A program made the translations under genes and the position numbers. Under the pieces are notes generated by a model. The model made no database searches. It had not been told where the DNA came from and worked only from the letters and a program-made list of their open reading frames with translations. This document shows positions 18,231-24,000 of a stretch of 24,000 nucleotides of DNA, piece after piece; within the stretch, counting starts at the first letter, position 1, and every line of letters starts with the position of its first letter. The stretch comes from Mesorhizobium sp. (GTDB taxonomy: Bacteria > Pseudomonadota > Alphaproteobacteria > Rhizobiales > Rhizobiaceae): positions 16,023 through 40,022 of the forward strand of contig DASYHP010000099.1 in assembly GCA_035998495.1 (NCBI GenBank), written 5' to 3'.

Positions 18231-19460
18231 TCAGGCGGCCGCCGTCTGCAACCGTGCGACGGGCGTTTCGCGGATCGGCCAATGCACCACGGCCGCGAAG
18301 ACGCCCAGCGCCACGCTCAGCCACCACACCCCGTCATAGGAGCCGAGCCGGTCATAGAGAACGCCGCCCAGCCACACGCCCAGGAACGAGCCGATCTGGT
18401 GCGACAGGAAGACGAGCCCGCCCAACATGCCGAGATGCCTGGTGCCGAACATCACCGCCACCAAGCCGTTGGTCGGCGGCACGGTGGACAGCCAGAGCAA
18501 GCCGATCACCACGGAGAAGACCACCACGCTCGTGGGCGTCTGCGGCAGGAGCAAGAACAGCGTGACGGTGACGGAACGGGCGAGATAGATGAACGCGAGC
18601 AGCACCGGCTTCGGGTATCGCTGGCCGAGCATGCCCGCCGCCAGCGAGCCGATGATGTTGAAAAAGCCGATCAGGGCGAGCGCGATCACGGCGTAGCTCG
18701 GCGCGATGCCGAGATCGCCGAGGTAAGCGGGGAAATGCGCGGTGATGAAGGCGACCTGGAAGCCGCAGACGAAGAAGCCCGAAACCAGCAAGAGATAGGA
18801 GCGGTGGCGCGTGGCCTCCGCGAGCGCCTGGCCGGCGGTCTGCTGGATGCCTTGCTGCAGGGCCGCGCCGGAGGACGAATTGCCGGCCAGCGGAATGGCG
18901 AGCACGGGGATCACGAGCATGAAGGCGGCCATGATGACCAGCGTGTCGGACCAGCCGAAGGCGTTGATCATGCCCTGGCTCAGGGGCGCGAACAGGAACA
19001 TGCCGGCCGAACCAGCCGCCGTGCCGAGGCCGAACACGAAGGAGCGCTGCTCAGCGGACACACGGCGGGCGAAGGCCGCCAGCACGATGCTGAAGGAGCC
19101 CGCCGCAATGCCCATGCCCATCAGCACGCCGCCGCCCAGATGCAGCCAGACGGGTGCTGCGGCATAGGCCATCATCAGGAGGCCGAGCGCGTAAAGCATG
19201 CCGCCGCCGGCCAGCACGCGCCAGGTGCCGAAGCGGTCGGCCAACGCGCCGAACACCGGCTGGCCGAAACCCCAGAACAGGTTCTGAAGCGCCATGGCGA
19301 GGCCGAAGGTGGTGCGGTCCCAGCCGGTATCCGCCAGCATGGGAAGCTGGAAGAAGCCCATCGCGGAGCGCGGGCCGAAGGTGAGCGCGGCGACCACGCA
19401 GCCACAGGCGATGACCGCCCAGGGCAGGGCGGCGCGGGCAGGTGCGGCGGCATGGCTCAT
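18231..19460 (-). CDS. MFS transporter, oxalate/formate antiporter (OFA)-like family, 409 aa
   Basis: The hydrophobicity pattern is consistent with ~12 TM segments. The N-terminal half resembles OFA/YhjX-type MFS (FGLAMALQNLFWGFGQPVFGALADRFG). ATG start with GGAG 7 nt upstream; stop 21 nt (57 nt if ATG 18173 is used) before the DUF1624 gene on the same strand. Confidence 0.8.
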   Translation of the reverse strand: MSHAAAPARAALPWAVIACGCVVAALTFGPRSAMGFFQLPMLADTGWDRTTFGLAMALQNLFWGFGQPVFGALADRFGTWRVLAGGGMLYALGLLMMAYAAAPVWLHLGGGVLMGMGIAAGSFSIVLAAFARRVSAEQRSFVFGLGTAAGSAGMFLFAPLSQGMINAFGWSDTLVIMAAFMLVIPVLAIPLAGNSSSGAALQQGIQQTAGQALAEATRHRSYLLLVSGFFVCGFQVAFITAHFPAYLGDLGIAPSYAVIALALIGFFNIIGSLAAGMLGQRYPKPVLLAFIYLARSVTVTLFLLLPQTPTSVVVFSVVIGLLWLSTVPPTNGLVAVMFGTRHLGMLGGLVFLSHQIGSFLGVWLGGVLYDRLGSYDGVWWLSVALGVFAAVVHWPIRETPVARLQTAAA

Positions 19461-19670
19461 GGCAAGCTCCGAAGCAATCGCCGACGCTTACTCCCTCTCG
19501 CCGGCCGGTGGGAAATCAAAAGCGTTGATCGAGACATTCGCGGTGTTTCGGGGCGCTCCGGGCCAAACGAGGGCGCGCCGCGGCTTGTCACAATTCGGCC
19601 CCAAAGGCCAAGCGAAAGCGGGTTGCCTCCTGGCGCATGTCGGGCTCGGTGGGCGGAGCTTCGCACGGGC

Positions 19671-20162
19671 ATGAGCCAAGCCAGAATGTCGGCGCCGAAC
19701 GCGCCGGCGACCACCACGATCCGACCGGGGACGCCCGCCGACCTCGACGCGATCGTGGCGCTCGAACAGGCGGCGTTCGCGACGGACCGGATTTCCCGCC
19801 GCTCCTTCGCCCGCCTCCTGGGGCGGCCGAGCGCCGCGGTTCTCGTGGCCGAGCGCGGCCGAATGCTGCTGGGCTGCGCGGTGGTGCTGTTTCGCGCTTT
19901 CTCGCGCCGGGCGCGTCTCTATTCCCTGGCGGTCGCGCCGGCTGTCGCGGGGCAGGGGATCGGCGGGCGGCTTTTGGGAGCGGCCGAAGACGCGGCGATC
20001 GAGAAGGGATGCGTCTCGCTCGGGCTCGAGGTCAGGGCCGACAACCGCGCCGCGCTGGGCCTCTACCAGCGCCGGGACTATCGTCTGATCGGCCGCACCG
20101 AGGACTATTATTCCGACGGCGCCGCGGCCCTGCACTTCCTGAAATTCTTGGCGGCCGCGTGA
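19671..20162 (+). CDS. GNAT-family N-acetyltransferase (RimI-like), 163 aa
   Basis: This is the last 163 codons of the 948-aa track ORF. It has the acetyl-CoA binding motif LAVAPAVAGQGIGGRLL, and the typical LEVRADNRAALGLYQRRDY. An alternative ATG lies at 19686. Confidence 0.85.
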   Translation: MSQARMSAPNAPATTTIRPGTPADLDAIVALEQAAFATDRISRRSFARLLGRPSAAVLVAERGRMLLGCAVVLFRAFSRRARLYSLAVAPAVAGQGIGGRLLGAAEDAAIEKGCVSLGLEVRADNRAALGLYQRRDYRLIGRTEDYYSDGAAALHFLKFLAAA

Positions 20163-20193
20163 AACAATCCGACTTTGCGGGATCGGCCCGTCC

Positions 20194-21657
20194 ATGACCT
20201 GGGTCATCATCACCGGGCGGCCGAACGATCTCGGCCAGGTGGACACGCCGCACAAGGTCATCACCAGCCGGGATTACCTGACGCATCCCGCGCTGTTCCG
20301 CGGGCAGCGGCCCAAGGTCATCAACCTGTCCAACAACTACAGCTACCAGAGCCGGGGCTACTACGCGTCGCTTCTGGCGAGCTCACGCGGGCACAAGGTG
20401 ATCCCCACGGTCGAAACCATGATCGACCTGTCGGAACGCAAGCTCTACGAAGCGGCGCTGCCCGAGCTGGAGCAGGCGCTGAACAAGTGCCGAAAAGACC
20501 TCGGCGGCGGGATGCCGCCCAAGGTGCGGGTGTTCTTCGGCTTCGCGCCGTCGAAGGCCTTGGACCGCTTCGCCAAGCTCTTGTTCGACTGGTTCCGCGC
20601 GCCGGCGCTGGAGGTGGCGATCCGCGATGCCGACGGCTGGGCGTCGATCCGCAAGATCGCCTTGCTGCCGTTGGCGCGCATGGAAGGCGAGGATCGCGCG
20701 CGCTTCCTGGAAGGCCTGGACCTCTATACGAGCCGGCAATGGCGGGACAGCCGAGCGCGCACGCCGGCGCGCTACACCTTCGCGACGCTGGTGGACCCGC
20801 AGGAGGCCATGCCGCCCTCCGAGATCGCCTCGCTGCGCCATTGGGCCAAGATCGCGGAGAAGATGGGCGTGGAGGTGGAGCCCATCGGCAGGAGGGACTT
20901 GGCCAAGCTCGCCAACTACGACGCGCTGTTCATCCGCGAGACCACCTCGATCTCGAACCACACCTACCGCTTCGCCCGCCGCGCGCAGCAGGAGGGCATG
21001 CCGGTGATCGACGATCCGCTGTCGATGATCCGCTGCACCAACAAGGTCTATCTCCATGAGCTGATGCGGACCCACAAGGTGCCGGTGCCGCAGACCGTGG
21101 TGATCGCGAGCCCCGCCGATCTGGAGGCGGCGGCCGATCGGCTGGGCTTCCCCATGGTCGTGAAGATCCCCGACGGCGCGTTCTCACGCGGCGTGAAGAA
21201 GGCGGAGAACCTCGGGGAACTGCGCGCGCTCGCTGAAAAATGGCTGCAGGACTCCGACCTGCTGATCGCGCAGGAATTCATCCCCACTTCCTATGACTGG
21301 CGCGTGGGCGTGCTCGGCGGCCAGCCTCTGTTCGCCGTGCAGTACCTGATGGCGAAGAAGCACTGGCAGATCGTCAACCACGACCGCAACGGCAAGCCGG
21401 ACCAGGGCGGCGTCAAGGCGTTCACACTGCAGAACGCGCCGGCCTGCGTGATCGACACGGCGGTGCGGGCGGCGCGCTGCATCGGCGACGGGCTTTACGG
21501 CGTCGATCTCAAGGAGACCGACAAAGGCGTCCACGTCATCGAGGTCAACGACAACCCGAATCTCGACCACGGCTACGAGGACATCGGCGAGAAGGACGAG
21601 GTCTGGGTGAAGCTCACCCAGTGGTTCCTCGACCGGCTGGAGCGGGCCGGGCGCTGA
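20194..21657 (+). CDS. RimK-like ATP-grasp amidoligase with an N-terminal RLAN (RimK-like ATP-grasp N-terminal) domain, 487 aa
   Basis: The N-terminal VINLSNNYSYQSRGYYASLLASSRGHKVIPTVETMIDL matches the RLAN signature as I remember it. The C-terminal half is a RimK-type ATP-grasp: PMVVKIPDGAFSRGVKK, LIAQEFIPTSYDWRVGVLGG, YGVDLKETDKGVHVIEVNDNPNLDHG. It starts 31 nt after the GNAT stop. Confidence 0.85.
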   Translation: MTWVIITGRPNDLGQVDTPHKVITSRDYLTHPALFRGQRPKVINLSNNYSYQSRGYYASLLASSRGHKVIPTVETMIDLSERKLYEAALPELEQALNKCRKDLGGGMPPKVRVFFGFAPSKALDRFAKLLFDWFRAPALEVAIRDADGWASIRKIALLPLARMEGEDRARFLEGLDLYTSRQWRDSRARTPARYTFATLVDPQEAMPPSEIASLRHWAKIAEKMGVEVEPIGRRDLAKLANYDALFIRETTSISNHTYRFARRAQQEGMPVIDDPLSMIRCTNKVYLHELMRTHKVPVPQTVVIASPADLEAAADRLGFPMVVKIPDGAFSRGVKKAENLGELRALAEKWLQDSDLLIAQEFIPTSYDWRVGVLGGQPLFAVQYLMAKKHWQIVNHDRNGKPDQGGVKAFTLQNAPACVIDTAVRAARCIGDGLYGVDLKETDKGVHVIEVNDNPNLDHGYEDIGEKDEVWVKLTQWFLDRLERAGR

Positions 21658-22264
21658 CCCGCTCCCGTTCGATGTCGGCGAAGCGGAGCAGGAAGTCGGC
21701 CTGCACCTCCTCGGCCGGGCGGGGGGCGAGGTCGAACCGCTCGATCGCCAGGCCGTTGGGGCGACCGAAAAAGGCCGCGGCCTCGCGGTGCGAAAAGCCG
21801 GCCAGCGCCGTGGCTTCGAGATAGGCGGCGACCTGATCGGCGCGCTTGATCCGCGCGATCAGCCGGGCGTCAGGCTTGATTGGCAGCGAGAAGCGGAGAT
21901 GCACGGCGTCCATCAGCCGCTGTTCGACGGCCTTGTAGCCGCCGCCCACCACCGCCTTGAAAGGCGAGATCATGTCGCCGACGACATATTCCGGCGCGTC
22001 GTGGAGCAGGGCGGCCAGCCGCATGTCGGGCGCGGCGGGGCTCGGGACCAGGACGCAGAAGATGTCCTCCACCAGGAGCGAATGCTGGGCGACGGAGAAG
22101 GCGTGCGCGCCGCTGGTCTGGCCGTTCCAGCGCGCCACGCGCGCAAGCCCGTGGGCGATGTCGCCGATCTCGATGTCGAGCGGCGAGGGGTCGAGAAGGT
22201 CGAGCCGCCGGCCCGACAGCATGCGCTGCCAGGCGCGCGGCTGCGCGTCACCCTTGGGCGGCAT
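21614..22264 (-). CDS. HD-domain phosphohydrolase (YfbR-like family), 216 aa
   Basis: H...HD...D metal motif: VAQHSLLV, LLHDAPEYVVGD. ATG 22262..22264 shares one base with the ygfZ stop (TGATG). The upstream 78 codons of track ORF 21614..22498 are R/G/A-rich and overlap ygfZ, so they are spurious. Confidence 0.8.
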   Translation of the reverse strand: MPPKGDAQPRAWQRMLSGRRLDLLDPSPLDIEIGDIAHGLARVARWNGQTSGAHAFSVAQHSLLVEDIFCVLVPSPAAPDMRLAALLHDAPEYVVGDMISPFKAVVGGGYKAVEQRLMDAVHLRFSLPIKPDARLIARIKRADQVAAYLEATALAGFSHREAAAFFGRPNGLAIERFDLAPRPAEEVQADFLLRFADIERERVSARPAPAGRGTTG

Positions 22265-23121
22265 CAGGCGCTTTCGGTCGCGGTCTGGCCGGGCGCGGGA
22301 AGGGTGAATGTCGCGCCCGGCGGGATGGCGACCGTGACCGGCACGTCGCCGGCCAGCACGGGCGCGCCTTGCGCCAGTGCATCGGCCAGCCGGTCGATGC
22401 GCAGAATGGCGAGGCCTGCGCTGCCCGCCACTGTGCCGAGCGCGCCGATTGGCCTGCCCGAGGCCGTGATGTCCGCGCCGGTGGGCGGCAGATCGCACTC
22501 ACCCGAAAGGATCATCACGCGCCGGCGCGCGGTGCCGCGATGCTGCATGCGCGACACGACCTCCTGGCCGACATAGCAGCCTTTGCGGAAGCCGACGCCG
22601 CCGTTTTGGTCGAGGAGCATGTCGTGCGGAAAGGCGTCGCCCAAAGCAAAGTCCGTCCCGCTCTCGGCGACGCCGGCCTCGATGCGGAGCGCGCGCCAGG
22701 CGGCGAGGTCGGATGGCGCGGGCTCCGCACCGTAGCGGCGGACGACATGCCACTCGGCGGGGAAGCGCGTGTCGCGCAATGCGTCCGTTACTGAAGCGTC
22801 GCCCCAGGACACGGCGGCGACGCCATTGGGAAGCTGCGAAATCTCCACCTTGGCCCGCAGCCTGTAGAGGAGGAGGCGGCGCGAAAAGTCCAGCGTCATG
22901 TCGGCGCGCGTATCCAATCGGAACGCGCCGGAATGCTCACGCGACACAAGGAAGTCGAACAAGATCTTTCCCTGCGGCGACAGAAGCGCGCCGGCGCGCA
23001 GCTCGCCTTCCCGCAGAGAGTCCAGGTCGGTCGTGATGAGGTTCTGCAGGAAATGCTCGGCGTCCTGCCCCGAAACGGACAGGCTGGCGCGGTCGGGCAG
23101 GACGGCGGTGTGCGCGGACAT
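22264..23121 (-). CDS. ygfZ: Folate-binding Fe-S cluster repair / tRNA-modification protein YgfZ (CAF17 family), 285 aa
   Basis: GcvT-like N-terminal region (SVSGQDAEHFLQNLITTDL) and the family-defining motif KGCYVGQEVVSRMQHRG. Confidence 0.88.
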   Translation of the reverse strand: MSAHTAVLPDRASLSVSGQDAEHFLQNLITTDLDSLREGELRAGALLSPQGKILFDFLVSREHSGAFRLDTRADMTLDFSRRLLLYRLRAKVEISQLPNGVAAVSWGDASVTDALRDTRFPAEWHVVRRYGAEPAPSDLAAWRALRIEAGVAESGTDFALGDAFPHDMLLDQNGGVGFRKGCYVGQEVVSRMQHRGTARRRVMILSGECDLPPTGADITASGRPIGALGTVAGSAGLAILRIDRLADALAQGAPVLAGDVPVTVAIPPGATFTLPAPGQTATESA

Positions 23122-23205
23122 TTTCGGTCTTCGGCTTGCTGGCAGGCTCCGCCAAAACTATGCGTCGTGCGGCGCCGCGACAAGGCGGGACGACGAGGAG
23201 GGCGC

Positions 23206-24000
23206 ATGGCCGAGAGTTTCGACCTGATCCTGCGCGGTGGCACGGTCGTAAATCAATCTGGCGTAGGTGCCCGCGACATCGGCGTGCGGGAGGGTCGCAT
23301 CGCCGCCATCGGGAGCTTGGCGCACGCGGATGCCGGGGAGATCGTGGACTGCGCGGGCCTGCATCTCCTGCCCGGCGTGATCGACACCCAGGTGCATTTC
23401 CGGGAGCCGGGCGCCGAGCACAAGGAAGACCTGCAAAGCGGCTCGCTCGCGGCCGTGCTGGGCGGCGTCACGACGGTGTTCGAGATGCCCAACACCAACC
23501 CGCCCACCACGAGCGAAGCGGCGCTTGCCGACAAGCTCAGGCGCGCGAGCGGGCGCATGCATTGCGATTTCGCCTTCTGGGTCGGCGGCACGCGCGAGAA
23601 CGCGCATCTCGTAGGCGATCTGGAGCGGCTGCCGGGCGCGGCCGGCATCAAGGTCTTCATGGGCTCCTCCACCGGCGACCTGCTCGTGGAGGACGACGAG
23701 GGTGTGCTGGCGATTCTGGTGAACACGCGCCGCCGCGCGGCCTTCCATTCGGAGGACGAGTTCCGCCTGCGCGAGCGGCTGGCGTTTCGAATCGGGGGCG
23801 ATCCGGCCTCGCACCACGTCTGGCGCGACGCGGAGGCCGCGCTCGCCTCGACGCGCCGGCTCGTCGGCCTCGCGCGGCGCGCCGGCGCGCGCATCCACGT
23901 GCTGCACATCTCGACCGCCGAGGAGATCGACTTCCTGGCCGGGCACAAGGATGTGGCGAGCGCCGAAGCCACGCCGCACCATCTGACGCTTTCGGCGGAC
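23206..24000 (+). CDS. pyrC: Dihydroorotase-like cyclic amidohydrolase, N-terminal 265 aa; 3' end lies outside the window; absent from the supplied ORF track
   Basis: Hand translation from ATG 23206 (GAGGAGGG 5 nt upstream) runs open to the window end: MAESFDLILRGGTVVNQSG...GLHLLPGVIDTQVHFREPGAEHKEDLQSGSLAAVLGGVTTVFEMPNTNPPTT...KVFMGSSTG...HVLHISTAEE...TPHHL. This is the DHOase/allantoinase-type motif order. The two minus-strand track ORFs here are its antisense shadows. Confidence 0.85.
   Translation, partial: MAESFDLILRGGTVVNQSGVGARDIGVREGRIAAIGSLAHADAGEIVDCAGLHLLPGVIDTQVHFREPGAEHKEDLQSGSLAAVLGGVTTVFEMPNTNPPTTSEAALADKLRRASGRMHCDFAFWVGGTRENAHLVGDLERLPGAAGIKVFMGSSTGDLLVEDDEGVLAILVNTRRRAAFHSEDEFRLRERLAFRIGGDPASHHVWRDAEAALASTRRLVGLARRAGARIHVLHISTAEEIDFLAGHKDVASAEATPHHLTLSAD

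Noticed and set aside
17316-19670. First ~785 codons of the 948-aa plus-strand track ORF (17316..20162), the longest ORF in the window
   Set aside because: It is antisense to the well-supported DUF1624 and MFS genes. It is R/G/A/E/H-rich low-complexity sequence with no recognisable domain. Only its last 163 codons (the GNAT) look like a real protein. This is a typical high-GC shadow ORF.
19671-21657. Naming the GNAT and ATP-grasp pair rimI and rimK
   Set aside because: The ATP-grasp protein is ~190 aa longer than RimK because of its RLAN-type N-terminal domain, and a GNAT alone is not diagnostic of RimI. Orthology cannot be established from this window.
23158-23982. Minus-strand ORFs of 274 aa and 239 aa, the only track ORFs offered for this region
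   Set aside because: The plus-strand frame from ATG 23206 encodes a clear dihydroorotase-type amidohydrolase with a good Shine-Dalgarno. The minus-strand ORFs are its antisense shadows.

Overview
This is a GC-rich, gene-dense segment with strong G/C third-position bias. By gene content it looks like core chromosome of an alphaproteobacterium (Rhizobiales/Hyphomicrobiales-like), which is an inference. I can support 23 protein-coding genes, two of them cut by the window edges. One, a dihydroorotase-like gene at 23206..24000, is missing from the supplied ORF track. I found no rRNA or tRNA genes, no CRISPR array, no transposase or integrase, and no recognisable defence-system hallmarks. Most very long ORFs in the track are antisense or alternate-frame shadow ORFs typical of high-GC DNA. 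Several track ORFs also carry spurious N-terminal extensions, and the track labels GTG/TTG starts as M. Gene order: class II DAHP synthase (3' part), GGDEF diguanylate cyclase (-), GFA-family protein, DgkA, MFS, GltX, MaeB (-), atypical SDR (-), HcaT-like MFS, dipeptide epimerase (-). Next comes a four-gene MCE/Mla-type ABC operon: STAS-MlaE fusion, MlaF-like ATPase, 741-aa MCE protein, PqiC/DUF330-like lipoprotein. Then MerR regulator, an all-membrane minus-strand trio (OFA-type MFS, DUF1624 acyltransferase-like, ICMT-family methyltransferase), a GNAT plus RLAN-ATP-grasp (RimK-like) pair, HD hydrolase (-), YgfZ (-), and dihydroorotase-like (5' part). Four things deserve a second look. (1) The MCE protein's C-terminal half is ten exact-period 30-aa (90-nt) Pro-punctuated helical repeats. 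(2) The MCE operon combines MlaFEB-type and PqiBC-type parts. (3) The GNAT plus RLAN-ATP-grasp cassette is a predicted but biochemically uncharacterised amidoligase system. (4) The MFS/DUF1624/ICMT membrane trio has an 89-nt out-of-frame gene overlap. None of these is demonstrably a new system from sequence alone. The rest of the window is ordinary housekeeping.
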